64,000 bases of DNA. Origin: Eledone cirrhosa (taxonomy: Eukaryota). Positions within the stretch are counted from its first letter, which is position 1, and every line of letters begins with the position of its first letter. Shown one piece after another: positions 1-16,912 of this stretch. The translations under genes were made by a program, and so were the position numbers. The stretch is taken from positions 354,702,001-354,766,000 of the forward strand of contig OZ024741.1 in NCBI GenBank assembly GCA_964016885.1. Direction: 5' to 3'. The notes beneath the pieces were generated by a model that was given only the letters and a program-made list of their open reading frames with translations, was not told the DNA's origin and ran no database searches.

Positions 1-109
1 ATTGGAAGAAATCTGATCAACGAGACAGTTCGTATGAGAGGTGTGCACTGGCCGAAGAACATCCCGTATGAAGGAGTCATAATTACATCATTTCTAATGA
101 CGACTGTAA

Positions 110-260
110 GCGGTGAATTGGCAGTCATTAGAATGTTGGATAGAATGCTCTGCACTCAAAACCCACAGAGGTCAACTATGCCTTTCATACTTTCGAGGAC
201 GATAAATGAAGTACCAGTCCAGTAAGGGGGTAATTTATTCGTCTATATATCTTCCTCAGT

Positions 261-335
<75 letters not shown>

Positions 336-440
336 AAATCGGCGTTCAGATTCGGCGAGGCGATGGGCTTCGCCAGGTTTTAAATGCCCAAGGCGGCGCC
401 CCTACAACTCTACCAGGAGTTACGGGTGCATGCATACATT
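110..440 (+). mobile_element. tRNA-derived SINE, long form with (CT)n interruption and 3' extension
   Basis: Head GCGGTGAATTGGCAG...TTAGA and core GAGGTCAACTATGCCTTTCAT...GATAAATGAAGTACCAG match other copies in the window; (CT)n at 264-333; 3' extension shared with minus-strand copies at ~25600-25880, ~38800-39100 and ~43235-43560. Confidence 0.75.
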
Positions 441-1844
441 ATTATAGTTGCTGGGTAGAGAGAATGTTTCTGGCTTCATAATATATTGTTACAGAAGTTT
501 TGATATTCAGTCTGGCAAAACGGATAAAACTTGGATGAGTCTGGAAAATCGGTGGGAGTGGAATGGTGCTTCAGAATATTTTGGGTGGAAACTCTAATTC
601 GAAATAATTCGAAAGTGGAGTTTCGGAAAAAGCATACTACCGTGAACTTTTCTAACCCTGAGGGTGTACACTATTGAAAAGAAGGAGAGGTGCGGACAGT
701 GTCATTCAGTACCTTCTCTTAGCGATAGGCCTGCAGCCATGACTGCAGAGACGTGGAGGTACATACAGCTAAATCTTTGGTCAATAACAAACTGATGTAC
801 CATTGTAAACTAGCCCCAAACCCCTGCCAAATAAAGGAGCTTATCATCAGACTGGACCAGAGAAACTATGTTTCCAATGTTCGTTCTAGTGCTCATACTA
901 TCTCCAAAGCAGAAAACTCTTGTTAAACAAAACATTGAAAACAAATTGATAAATAAAGATTATGACGAAGTTGAATTTCTTGGAGTTGAATGTCGGTGCG
1001 CTACCACCTTCACTGCTTGCGTACTACATTTATTAGGATGTGGTGAGATAGATATCTTAGATAGAGATCAGTCTCGTCATTGGAACAAATATCATAGATC
1101 GAGGTCAGTTATGTCACGGAAGCTTATTAAGGTTGATTTGTTTGAAGCTTAGAAGGGTTTCACTCAGTGTAGTCGCCATTTGTATATATGTATGCATGCA
1201 CGCATGTTTGTTAATCCAACTCTGATCATAGATGCTGTCCTCTCAGAAAACCTGTGACTTTAGGTCAGAATGTAGTACTATGATCGAGATGCATAGTACG
1301 TCGTTGATTGCTTCATCTGTGCAAATCGTTAACATTTTAATGATAGAATTGCTTTATACAGCTTAGGACCTCACCAAATTTAATCCGGCACTGCATACAG
1401 AGGACAAACGCAGGTCCTTCACAACTTTCAAATATGTGTATCACCTGGGTTTTCCCGACGTGAAAAAATTAGAAGCAGTGGCAGCTTTGCTTTGTGAAAT
1501 TGGGTGGGATCGAAAGCTTCAAGATCATACTACAGAAATACCGGATGTCACATTTTGATAGAAAGCTCTTGAGCTACTGTAAGTACAAATTCAAGGATAA
1601 TTTGAGATTCACTCCCACTAAACCATACCCGAAGGTGTTGATATTTTACTCGAGTCATCTGGTTTCACAGTATTGATGAAAAAAAGAAAATTGACGTAGC
1701 GTTTAAACATGCAGCATAGTGGGATCGAGTCGTGTATGTGATTCATGCTAGCAAAACTCCGGGTTTGGCTATAATCACATAGGTGTCGTCTTGGTCATGT
1801 AACTGTAGAAAGCAGTAGTTTCACCAGTATTATTTCTCACTTAT

Positions 1845-2030
1845 GGATTGGCAGTATCGGTAGAGGGTCTGACGCTATGCTTTGCAGCAAAGAGTTACGC
1901 CCCTTTATGGTTTGAGTTCAAATCCCGCCGAGGTTAACTTTGCCTTTCATCCTTACGGGGTCGATAAAATAAAGTACCAGTAATGCACTGGATAATTGCT
2001 GGCCTTGTGCCAAAAGTAGAAACAATTATT
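1845..2030 (+). mobile_element. tRNA-derived SINE (family 1)
   Basis: A-box-like TGGCAGTATCGG, B-box GAGTTCAAATCCC, core GCCTTTCATCCTTACGGGGTCGATAAAATAAAGTACCAG; flanked by direct repeat TTATTTCTCACTTA (TSD-like). Confidence 0.85.
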
Positions 2031-2045
2031 TCTCACTTACTCGGG

Positions 2046-2256
2046 TGGTGGATTGGCTGTATCGTTAGAGTGTCAGATAACATGCACTGCGGCTTATAGT
2101 TACGGCCTCTGAGTTGAAATCCTGCCGAGACTAGCTTTGCCTTTCATCCTTACGGGGTCGATAAAATATAGTAACCAGTAACACACTGGGGTCGATTTAA
2201 TCGACTTTCCCCCTCCCCAAAATTGCTGGCCTTGTGCCTATATAAGAAATCATTAT
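2046..2256 (+). mobile_element. tRNA-derived SINE (family 1), tandem second copy
   Basis: Same head, core and tail (TTGCTGGCCTTGTGCC) as 1845-2030. Confidence 0.85.
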
Positions 2257-2699
2257 TTCTAGCTTACTATCACACGCTTTTCTCACACGCCGATAAAAAA
2301 AAACAACAAAAAAACTTGTAAGTCAAAATAAACTCGAAGAACCGCCATATCCAGTAAAACGCGCACAGATGCACACACACAGACATGTAGCAATATTCCA
2401 TAATCTTGGGTTTTATTGACTTTCGTGTCTCAGTTAAAAAGGGCAAGTCGCTAACGACGACAAAAACTTCGTTGCCAGAGACCTCGTTCGAATACCACGG
2501 ACTAAAAAACAGAAAATTACTTTTTACTGCCTGTGGTATTCGAGGCGTTCGGGGGAGCTGGGCCGCTGTCGGCGCAATCTTTTTCTTTTTTTTTTAATCA
2601 TAAACAAATCTATTTCAAATAACAAAATACACATTTAAAAACAGAAAATGAAAGGGAGGGCAAGGGCTCTGGGGCCTCAGAAGAATGGGAGGGGAAGGG

Positions 2700-2890
2700 G
2701 TGGGTGATGGACTTTACGCCTTGGGTTGGGACTGCGGATAAGAGCGCAAAAGCATTTCCGCAGATTATAGTCAGCGACATCCGCTGCAACAACCACCCCA
2801 CCTCGCGGGGCTCCTTGAGCAGACGTCTGAGGTCTCGACGGCGACCGATGCGAAGCGGAAGGAGCCGGACAATCCTCGGTATTTGTTTTG
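2700..2890 (+). promoter_or_regulatory. GC/CpG-rich island, possible promoter or non-coding first exon
   Basis: Locally CpG-rich unique sequence in an AT-rich background; ETS-like GCGGAAG; possible donor CTCG|GTATTT near 2879. No transcript evidence. Confidence 0.3.
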
Positions 2891-3343
2891 TCATCCTTTT
2901 ATTGAAGTATCAGGTGTTGCTAGTTAGGTTGCTTGACAATTCCAGAACATTAGCTTCTCTGTATCCTGCGGTAATTTCGTGAGTGTCTTGTCATACCACA
3001 ACATTTTTTAGAGGACTACAACATTATTGCCTGTTGTAGGTTGTAATTGAGAGAGTCGGCATGTCTTCTCCTCTTGTTATTATTGGCAGTATCAGGTAGA
3101 GCGTGAGGCACCATGCTTTGTAGCCCTTTACGTTCTTAGTTTAGCCCTTCTTATATATATATATATATATATGTATATGTGTATATATATATGTAAATGT
3201 ATATATATATATATGTATATATATATGTATATGTATATATGTATATGTATATATGTATATGTATATATATGTATATATATATATATGTATATATATATGT
3301 ATATGTATATATGTATATGTATATATGTATATGTATATATATG

Positions 3344-3376
<33 letters not shown>

Positions 3377-3612
3377 GTATATATATATGTATATGTATAT
3401 ATGTATATATATGTATGTATATATATGTATATATGTATATACATATATGTATATATATGTATGTATATATATGTATATATATATATATATGTATATGTAT
3501 ATATATATATGTATATATATATATGTATATATATATATGTATGTATGTATGTAAATATATATATATGTATATGTATATATGTATATGTATATATATATAT
3601 ATGTATATGTAT

Positions 3613-3692
<80 letters not shown>

Positions 3693-3696
3693 GTAT

Positions 3697-3820
<124 letters not shown>

Positions 3821-3847
3821 GTATATATGTATATATATATGTATATG

Positions 3848-3879
<32 letters not shown>

Positions 3880-4016
3880 TGTATATGTATATGTATATGT
3901 ATATATATTTGTATATGTATATATATATATGTATATATATATATGTATATATATATGTATATGTATATATATGTATATATATATGTATATGTATATATAT
4001 GTATATATATATGTAT

Positions 4017-4062
<46 letters not shown>

Positions 4063-4427
4063 GTATATGTATATGTATATATATTTGTATATGTATATAT
4101 ATATATGTATATATATATATGTATATATATATGTATATGTATATATATGTATATGTATATGTATATGTATATATATATGTATATGTATATATATGTATAT
4201 GTATATATATATGTATATGTATATATATATGTATATGTATATAGATATATGTATATATGTATATATATATATGTATATATGTATATATATTTATGTATAT
4301 ATGTATATCTATATATGTATATATATATATGTATATATATATGTATATATATGTATATATATATATATATGTATATATGTATATCTATATATGTATATAT
4401 ATATATGTATATATATGTATATATATG

Positions 4428-4458
<31 letters not shown>

Positions 4459-4471
4459 GTGTGTATATATG

Positions 4472-4524
<53 letters not shown>

Positions 4525-4604
4525 GTATATATATATATATAATGTGTATATATATATGTATATATATGTATATATATATATATATGTGTGTATATATATA
4601 TGTG

Positions 4605-4677
<73 letters not shown>

Positions 4678-4704
4678 GTGTGTATATATATATATATATG
4701 TGTG

Positions 4705-4759
<55 letters not shown>

Positions 4760-4856
4760 GTGTATATATATATATATATGTGTATGTATATATATATATA
4801 TGTGTATATATATATATATATGTGTATATATATATATATATATGTGTATATATATG

Positions 4857-4894
<38 letters not shown>

Positions 4895-4950
4895 TATATG
4901 TGTATATATATATATGTGTGTATATATATATATATGTGTGTATATATATA

Positions 4951-4993
<43 letters not shown>

Positions 4994-5048
4994 ATATATA
5001 TATATATATATGTGTATATATATATATATATATGTGTGTATATATATA

Positions 5049-5087
<39 letters not shown>

Positions 5088-5126
5088 ATATATATATATA
5101 TATATGTGTATATATATATATATATG

Positions 5127-5161
<35 letters not shown>

Positions 5162-5185
5162 TATATATATACTATATATATATGT

Positions 5186-5384
5186 ATTTCGTTTCTGAAT
5201 TTGTTTAGCAAGATTCTTTATCTGAAATTGTGTGTTGAAACCGATATTGTTATACTTTGGGAGGGTCATGTTGCCAATAAGAAACACACGCACCAGTTGT
5301 TTTCACTTCAATTTATTATATATTTATAAATTTATAAATTTACAAATCTACAAACTTATAAATTTCTGGTTGGTTGGTTGGTTC
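5186..5384 (-). mobile_element. PLE family A pLTR 3' fragment (further copies 9318-9516 and 12081-12320)
   Basis: Reverse complement of the 3' end (~61712-61885) of the GIY-YIG-encoding element; the end abuts (TA)n. Confidence 0.85.
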
Positions 5385-5866
<482 letters not shown>

Positions 5867-5919
5867 GTGTATATATATATATGTGTATATATATATATGT
5901 ATATATATATATATGTATG

Positions 5920-5952
<33 letters not shown>

Positions 5953-5953
5953 G

Positions 5954-5986
<33 letters not shown>

Positions 5987-6020
5987 GTATGTATATATAT
6001 ATATATATATGTATGTATAT

Positions 6021-6060
<40 letters not shown>

Positions 6061-6489
6061 GTATATATATATATGTATATGTATATGTATATATATATAT
6101 GTATATATATATGTATATATATATGTATATATATATGTATATATGTATATATGTATATGTATGTATATGTATATATATGTATATATATATATATATATAT
6201 GTAAATATATATATGTATATATATATGTATATGTATATGTATATATGTATATATATGTATGTATATATATGTATATGTATATGTATATATGTATATATAT
6301 GTATGTATATATATGTATATGTATATGTATATATGTATATATATGTATATGTATATATGTATATATATGTATGTATATATATGTATATATATATATATGT
6401 GTATATGTATATGTATATATGTATATATATGTATGTATATATATGTATATATATATATATGTATATATATATATGTATATATATATATG

Positions 6490-6536
<47 letters not shown>

Positions 6537-6541
6537 GTATG

Positions 6542-6592
<51 letters not shown>

Positions 6593-6654
6593 GTATATGT
6601 ATATATATATATATGTATATGTATATATATATATATGTATATATATATATGTAT

Positions 6655-6686
<32 letters not shown>

Positions 6687-6707
6687 GTATATGTATATAT
6701 ATATATG

Positions 6708-6738
<31 letters not shown>

Positions 6739-6759
6739 GTATATGTATATATATATATG

Positions 6760-6790
<31 letters not shown>

Positions 6791-6797
6791 GTATATG

Positions 6798-6868
<71 letters not shown>

Positions 6869-6968
6869 GTATATATATATGTATATATATATGTATATAT
6901 ATATGTATATATATATGTATATGTATATGATATTAAATAAATGGAAACTATATTTATAAAACCATATT

Positions 6969-7034
6969 TATTTCGTTATATATATTTCAGGGATATCATA
7001 TTAACAATATGTTATGCCTTCTTCAGACAAAATA
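6969..7034 (-). ncRNA. Type I hammerhead ribozyme, PLE family C (element fragment 6929-7100)
   Basis: Minus strand TATTTTGT-CTGAAGA-AGG...CCT-GAAA-TATATA-TA-ACGAAATA; stem I pairs with one G-U. Confidence 0.8.
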
Positions 7035-7169
7035 CAATATAAACAGTCTTAGTTGAGTGCTTTTATATCAGTTATAAATATTTACTCGTTGTTAACCCAA
7101 CAATTTAAATATAACTTTCCATGTATATGTATATATATATATGTATATGTATATATATTTGTATATGTA

Positions 7170-7200
<31 letters not shown>

Positions 7201-7292
7201 ATGTATATGTATATATATATATGTATATATATATGTATATGTATATGTATATGTATATATGTATATGTATATATATATATATGTATATGTAT

Positions 7293-7370
<78 letters not shown>

Positions 7371-7374
7371 GTAT

Positions 7375-7406
<32 letters not shown>

Positions 7407-7410
7407 GTAT

Positions 7411-7444
<34 letters not shown>

Positions 7445-7448
7445 ATAT

Positions 7449-7902
7449 CAAAGGGCAAAGGAGCTCTTAAGAGTCAATGGCCATCCAAAATCACCGGGAG
7501 AGATGACCCCTTAGCCTTTGTCAAGGCAGAATTCTAGGAGAAGGAAAACTCTGATATAACACCTGCAACTCTGATGGTATCCAATGATGTTGACTTGTTC
7601 TTCTTTTTGGTAAATATCATCTTGGTTAAGAGAGTGGGACTGGCTTTGTGCAGTGCCTTTGCTCACTATAAAAGCTTCACGGCACAGGCATTGCTTTATA
7701 TCTGGAGATCTCTCTGCACTTGTCGTCACATGGTACCATGGGCCCAACACTATGTGTCAATAATTGTCACAAGTGTAGTCTTTGTACCAGAGTTTTCAAG
7801 TCGCTGGCTGGACTAAAAAGTCACACTCGTTCAGCGCATCAGTAGGGGTTCTCCTACATGGATATAAAGTAGTGGCCGTACTCGAAAACGAGTTGGCAGC
7901 CA

Positions 7903-7905
<3 letters not shown>
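7449..7905 (+). mobile_element. Short RTE-derived element: 5'UTR-like segment plus ORF C-terminal zinc finger and 3'UTR
   Basis: 7765-7845 translates [26 protein letters not shown] (C2H2-like terminus typical of RTE/BovB ORFs); 3' hairpin ACTCGAAAACGAGT; 5' motif CTAGGAGAAGGAAAACTCTG recalled from RTE 5'UTRs; flanked by (TA)n. Confidence 0.65.
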
Positions 7906-7978
<73 letters not shown>

Positions 7979-8206
7979 GTATATATATATATGTATATAT
8001 ATATGTATATGTATATATATATATGTATATATATATATATTTATATATATGTATATGTATATGTATATATATTTGTATATGTATATATATATATGTATAT
8101 ATATATATGTATATATATATGTATATATATATATGTATATATATATGTATATGTATATATATGTATATATATATGTATATGTATATATATGTATATATAT
8201 ATGTAT

Positions 8207-8254
<48 letters not shown>

Positions 8255-8279
8255 GTATATATATATGTATATGTATATA

Positions 8280-8314
<35 letters not shown>

Positions 8315-8573
8315 ATATATGTATATGTATATATATATGTATATGTATATATATATGTATATGTATATATATATGTATATGTATATAGATATATGTATAT
8401 ATGTATATATATATATGTATATATGTATATATATTTATGTATATATGTATATCTATATATGTATATATATATATGTATATATATATGTATATATATGTAT
8501 ATATATATATATATGTATATATGTATATCTATATATGTATATATATATATGTATATATATATGTATATATATG

Positions 8574-8606
<33 letters not shown>

Positions 8607-8619
8607 GTGTGTATATATG

Positions 8620-8672
<53 letters not shown>

Positions 8673-8752
8673 GTATATATATATATATAATGTGTATATA
8701 TATATGTATATATATGTATATATATATATATATGTGTGTATATATATATGTG

Positions 8753-8807
<55 letters not shown>

Positions 8808-8810
8808 GTG

Positions 8811-8842
<32 letters not shown>

Positions 8843-8880
8843 TGTGTATATATATATATATATGTGTGTATATATATATG

Positions 8881-8917
<37 letters not shown>

Positions 8918-8970
8918 GTGTATATATATATATGTGTATATATATATATATATATATGTGTATATATATG

Positions 8971-9008
<38 letters not shown>

Positions 9009-9066
9009 TATGTGTATATATATATATGTGTGTATATATATATATATGTGTGTATATATATATATA

Positions 9067-9107
<41 letters not shown>

Positions 9108-9162
9108 ATATATATATATATATATGTGTATATATATATATATATATGTGTGTATATATATA

Positions 9163-9201
<39 letters not shown>

Positions 9202-9236
9202 ATATATATATATATATATGTGTATATATATATATA

Positions 9237-9319
<83 letters not shown>

Positions 9320-9861
9320 TTCGTTTCTGAATTTGTTTAGCAAGATTCTTTATCTGAAATCGTGTGTTGAAACCAATATTGTTATACTTTGGGAGGGTCA
9401 TGTTGCCAATAAGAAACACACGCACCAGTTGCTTTCACTTCAATTTATTATATATTTATAAATTTATAAATTTACAAATCTACAAACTTATAAATTTCTG
9501 GTTGGTTGGTTGGTTCACAAATAATGAAGACGGCATATATATGTGTTGGTATGTATATTTAATTTTGATAGTTTGTATAATTTTGTATAATTTTGTACAT
9601 AGATCTGTTGAATATGCATGCCAATTCTAACACATATATATCCTAGAAACGATCGTTAAATAATGAACTTTTTTTGTTTAATATAAGGAACTGTTTCATT
9701 GTTTTATTCATTATTTTTTTAATATTTTATCTTGACTCTGTATTCCGTATATCTTTCACCGAAAGTGATTTTTCATTGCATCTCTTCTTTCCATGATATC
9801 CGGATTACATTGAGTTCTTCATACGGATTGGACACTACCGTAAACTCTTGGTAGATTTATC

Positions 9862-10012
<151 letters not shown>

Positions 10013-10035
10013 GTATATATATATATATGTATGTA

Positions 10036-10096
<61 letters not shown>

Positions 10097-10132
10097 GTAT
10101 GTATATATATATATATATGTATGTATATATAT

Positions 10133-10173
<41 letters not shown>

Positions 10174-10549
10174 TATGTATATATATGTATGTATATGTAT
10201 ATATATATATGTATATATATATGTATATATATATATATGTATATATATATGTATATATATATGTATATATGTATATGTATATATGTATATGTATGTATAT
10301 GTATATATATGTATATATATATATATATGTAAATATATATATGTATATATATATGTATATGTATATGTATATATGTATATATATGTATGTATATATATGT
10401 ATATGTATATGTATATATGTATATATATGTATGTATATATATGTATATATATATATATGTGTATATGTATATGTATATATGTATATATATGTATGTATAT
10501 ATATGTATATATATATATATGTATATATATATATGTATATATATATATG

Positions 10550-10612
<63 letters not shown>

Positions 10613-10648
10613 GTATATGTATATATATATATATGTATATGTATATAT

Positions 10649-10694
<46 letters not shown>

Positions 10695-10698
10695 GTAT

Positions 10699-10730
<32 letters not shown>

Positions 10731-10802
10731 GTATATGTATATATATATATGTATATATATATATGTATATATATATATGTATATGTATATATATATATGT
10801 AC

Positions 10803-10860
<58 letters not shown>

Positions 10861-10948
10861 GTATATATATATGTATATATATATGTATATATATATGTAT
10901 ATGTATATGATATTAAATAAATGGAAACTATATTTATAAAACCATATT

Positions 10949-11014
10949 TATTTCGTTATATATATTTCAGGGATATCATATTAACAATATGTTATGCCTT
11001 CTTCAGACAAAATA
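10949..11014 (-). ncRNA. Type I hammerhead ribozyme, PLE family C (duplicate; fragment 10909-11100)
   Basis: Essentially identical to 6969-7034 at offset 3980. Confidence 0.8.
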
Positions 11015-11147
11015 CAATATAAACAGTCTTAGTTGAGTGCTTTTATATAAGTTATAAATATTTACTCGTTGTTAACCCAACAATTTAAATATAACTTTCC
11101 ATGTATATGTATATATATATGTGTATATGTATATATATTTGTATATG

Positions 11148-11182
<35 letters not shown>

Positions 11183-11310
11183 ATGTATATGTATATATAT
11201 ATATGTATATATATATGTATATGTATATATATGTATATATATATGTATATGTATATATATGTATATATATATATGTATATGTATATATATGTATATATAT
11301 ATATGTATAT

Positions 11311-11356
<46 letters not shown>

Positions 11357-11599
11357 GTATATATATATGTATATGTATATATATATGTATATATATATAT
11401 ATATGTATATGTAGATATATATGTATATATGTATATATATATGTATATGTATATAGATATATGTATATGTATATATATATATGTATATATGTATATATAT
11501 ATATATGTATATATGTATATCTATATATGTATATATATATGTATATATATATGTATATATATGTATATATGTATATATATGTATATATGTATATATATG

Positions 11600-11636
<37 letters not shown>

Positions 11637-11649
11637 GTGTGTATATATG

Positions 11650-11696
<47 letters not shown>

Positions 11697-11741
11697 GTAT
11701 ATATATATATATATGTGTATATATATATATATATATATGTG

Positions 11742-11773
<32 letters not shown>

Positions 11774-11797
11774 TGTGTATATATATATATATATGTG

Positions 11798-11962
<165 letters not shown>

Positions 11963-12035
11963 GTGTATATATATATATGTGTATATATATATATATATGT
12001 GTATATATATATATATATGTGTATATATATATATA

Positions 12036-12067
<32 letters not shown>

Positions 12068-12138
12068 CATATATATATGTATTTCGTTTCTGAATTTGTT
12101 GAGCAAGATTCTTTATCTGAAATCGTGTGTTGAAACCG

Positions 12139-12493
12139 ATATTGTTATACTTTGGGAGGGTCATGTTGCCAATAAGAAACACACGCACCAGTTGCTTTCA
12201 CTTCAATTTATTATATATTTATAAATTTATAAATTTACAAATCTACAAACTTATAAATTTCTGGCTGGTTGGTTGGTTCCACAACCAGATAGTTGTTTAT
12301 ATATAGTCATAGTCCTTTCGACGAAAGGACTATGACTATATATAAACAACTATCTGGTTGTGGAACCAACCAACCAGCCAGAAATTTATAAGTTTGTAGA
12401 TTTGTAAATTTATAAATATATAATAAATTGAAGTGAAAGCAACTGGTGTGTGTTTCTTATTGGCAACATGACCCTCCCAAAGTATAACAATAT
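12139..12493. repeat. Near-perfect long palindrome of PLE family A pLTR, centre 12321
   Basis: GTCATAGTCCTTTCG-A-CGAAAGGACTATGAC at the centre; arms ~170-180 bp with small indels. Confidence 0.92.
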
Positions 12494-12604
12494 ATATATA
12501 TGTATATATATATATATGTATATATATATATGTATATATATATAGATATATATATGTATATATATATAGATATATATATGTATATATATATAGATATATA
12601 TATG

Positions 12605-12637
<33 letters not shown>

Positions 12638-12638
12638 G

Positions 12639-12669
<31 letters not shown>

Positions 12670-12730
12670 GTATATATATATATATATGTATATATATATG
12701 TATATATATATATATATGTATATATATATG

Positions 12731-12763
<33 letters not shown>

Positions 12764-12765
12764 GC

Positions 12766-12875
<110 letters not shown>

Positions 12876-12890
12876 GTGTATATATATATG

Positions 12891-12953
<63 letters not shown>

Positions 12954-12954
12954 G

Positions 12955-13018
<64 letters not shown>

Positions 13019-13054
13019 GATATATATATGTATATATATATAGATATATATATG

Positions 13055-13090
<36 letters not shown>

Positions 13091-13126
13091 GATATATATA
13101 TGTATATATATATAGATATATATATG

Positions 13127-13157
<31 letters not shown>

Positions 13158-13158
13158 G

Positions 13159-13193
<35 letters not shown>

Positions 13194-13194
13194 G

Positions 13195-13225
<31 letters not shown>

Positions 13226-13293
13226 GTATATATATATATGTATATATATATGTATATATATATATATATGTATATATATATGTATATATATAT

Positions 13294-13325
<32 letters not shown>

Positions 13326-13364
13326 GTATATATATATGTATATATATATATGTATATATATATG

Positions 13365-13395
<31 letters not shown>

Positions 13396-13396
13396 G

Positions 13397-13429
<33 letters not shown>

Positions 13430-13504
13430 GTATATATATGTATATATATATGTATATATATGTATATATGTATATATATATATATGTATATATATGTATA
13501 TATG

Positions 13505-13535
<31 letters not shown>

Positions 13536-13536
13536 G

Positions 13537-13587
<51 letters not shown>

Positions 13588-13600
13588 GTATATATATATG

Positions 13601-13631
<31 letters not shown>

Positions 13632-13648
13632 GTATGTATATATATATG

Positions 13649-13729
<81 letters not shown>

Positions 13730-13734
13730 GTGTG

Positions 13735-13765
<31 letters not shown>

Positions 13766-14040
13766 GTATGTATATATATATATGTATACATATATATGTA
13801 TATATATATGTATATATGTATATATATATATGTATATATATATATGTATATATATATATGTATATATATATATGTATACATATATATGTATATATATATG
13901 TATATATATATATGTATATATATATGTATATATATATGTATATATATATGTATATATATATATATATGTATATATATATGTATATATATATGTATATATA
14001 TATGTATATATATATATATATGTATATATATATGTATATA

Positions 14041-14087
<47 letters not shown>

Positions 14088-14336
14088 GTATATATATATA
14101 TGTATATATATATATGTATATATATATATGTATATATATATATGTATATATATATGTATATATATATATGTATATATATATATGTATATATATATGTATA
14201 TATATATATGTATATATATATATGTATATATATATATGTATATATATATGTATATATATATGTATATATATATGTATATATATATATGTATATATATATG
14301 TATATATGTATATATATATATATATATATATGGATG

Positions 14337-14368
<32 letters not shown>

Positions 14369-14500
14369 TATATGGATGTATATATATGGATGTATATATA
14401 TATATGGATGTATATATATATATGTATATATATATATATGGATGTATATATATGGATGTATATATATATATGGATGTATATATATATATGTATATATATA

Positions 14501-14535
<35 letters not shown>

Positions 14536-14545
14536 GGATGTATAT

Positions 14546-14681
<136 letters not shown>

Positions 14682-14686
14682 GTATG

Positions 14687-14719
<33 letters not shown>

Positions 14720-15292
14720 GTATATATATATATGTATATATATGTATATATATATATGTATATGTATATATATATATGTATATGTATATATATGTATATG
14801 TATATGTATATATATGTATATGTATATATATGTATATATATATATGTATATATATATATATGTATATATATATATGTATATATATATATGTATATATATA
14901 AGTATATATATATATGTATATATATATAAGTATATATATATATGTATATATATATAAGTATATATATATATGTATATATATAAGTATATATATATATGTA
15001 TATATATAAGTATATATATATATGTATATATATATAAGTATATATATATATGTATATATATATAAGTATATATATATATATGTATATATATAAGTATATA
15101 TATATATGTATATATATAAGTATATATATATATGTATATATATAAGTATATATATATATGTATATATATATAAGTATATATATAAGTATATATATATATA
15201 TGTATATATATATATGTATATATATATATGTATATATATATATATGTATATATATATATGTATATATGTATATATATATATGTATATATATG

Positions 15293-15439
<147 letters not shown>

Positions 15440-15459
15440 GTATATATATATGTATATGT

Positions 15460-15511
<52 letters not shown>

Positions 15512-15526
15512 GTATATATATATATG

Positions 15527-15557
<31 letters not shown>

Positions 15558-15584
15558 GTATATATATATGTATATATATATATG

Positions 15585-15651
<67 letters not shown>

Positions 15652-15688
15652 GTATATATGTATATATATATATATATGTATATATATG

Positions 15689-15723
<35 letters not shown>

Positions 15724-15734
15724 GTATATATATG

Positions 15735-15797
<63 letters not shown>

Positions 15798-15935
15798 GTA
15801 TATATATGTATATATATGTATATATATGTATATATATGTATATATATGTATATATATGTATATGTATGTATATGTATATATATATATGTATATATATGTA
15901 TATGTATATATATGTATATATATGTATATATATAT

Positions 15936-16411
15936 AGAGCTGATAAACTCCGACCTCACACACTTACACCTCTCCAAGACAATGTCACTGGACCGAGACC
16001 TTTGGCGGTACTCAGTAACAGAGAAGACCCGCCTTGCCAGTAGGCATCTCTAACAAAATACACCCCGTCCCACCACCACCACCCTCACCCATCCACACCA
16101 CCCGTCCTATGTAAAGTTATGTTGGTGCCGCGCCATCCAGGCCGAAACAAATGAGATCGTGTAGGTGTCACGACAAAAAAAACACACAGTCCACGCTGTA
16201 ATGTGGCCGTGTAGGCAACACGGTAAAAACCTCCCAGACCCACACTGTAAATGTGGTTGGTGTTAGGAAGGGCATCCAACTGTAGAAAACCTGCCAGACA
16301 GTCCTATGCGAGCAAGACAATCACTCTTGCCTCAAGTGGGACTACCCCCGTCCAAACCCATGCAAGCGTGGAACACGGACGTTAAACGTTGATGATGATG
16401 ATGATGATGAT
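15936..16411 (+). mobile_element. RTE-clade LINE family a, 3' end with (GAT)n tail
   Basis: [38 protein letters not shown] is identical to the C-terminus of ORF 51063-51998; shared 3'UTR and GAT tail. Confidence 0.9.
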
Positions 16412-16876
16412 GTATATATATATATATGTATATATATGTATATATATATATATGTATATATATGTATATATATATATATGTATATATATGTATATATATA
16501 TATATGTATATATATGTATATATATATATATATGTATATATATGTATATATATATATATATGTATATATATGTATATATATATATATGTATATATATGTA
16601 TATATATATATATATGTATATATATGTATATACATATATATATATATATGTATATATAGTATTTACGTATCGAGAAAGAGAGAAAAGGGAGGGATAGGTG
16701 ATACATATAGTTATTTGCCAAGTAGCGTATGCCAAAGGTGCTCGATACTAGTGCCGGCAGTATTAAATATTCGAAGTGTTAATATTTAGTGGGCTAGAGA
16801 GTTAGCAGAGCGTAAGCACGTGGGAAAGTGAAAAATCGGAGAATAGACCGTTAAAACATGTTTATTTAAAATATCA

Positions 16877-16912
16877 CCTACGTACGTTTCGCCCAGTTGG
16901 GTTTCTCAAGGG
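16877..16912 (-). ncRNA. Hammerhead variant with U3-A8 core in a PLE-like fragment (~16659-17000)
   Basis: Minus strand CCC-TTGAGAA-ACCCAACTGGGC-GAAA-CGTACG-TA-GG; palindromic stem III; stem I only ~2 bp. Confidence 0.6.

Noticed and set aside
1845-2256. tRNA genes suggested by A/B boxes
   Set aside because: No cloverleaf; the boxes are SINE heads followed by a multi-copy SINE body
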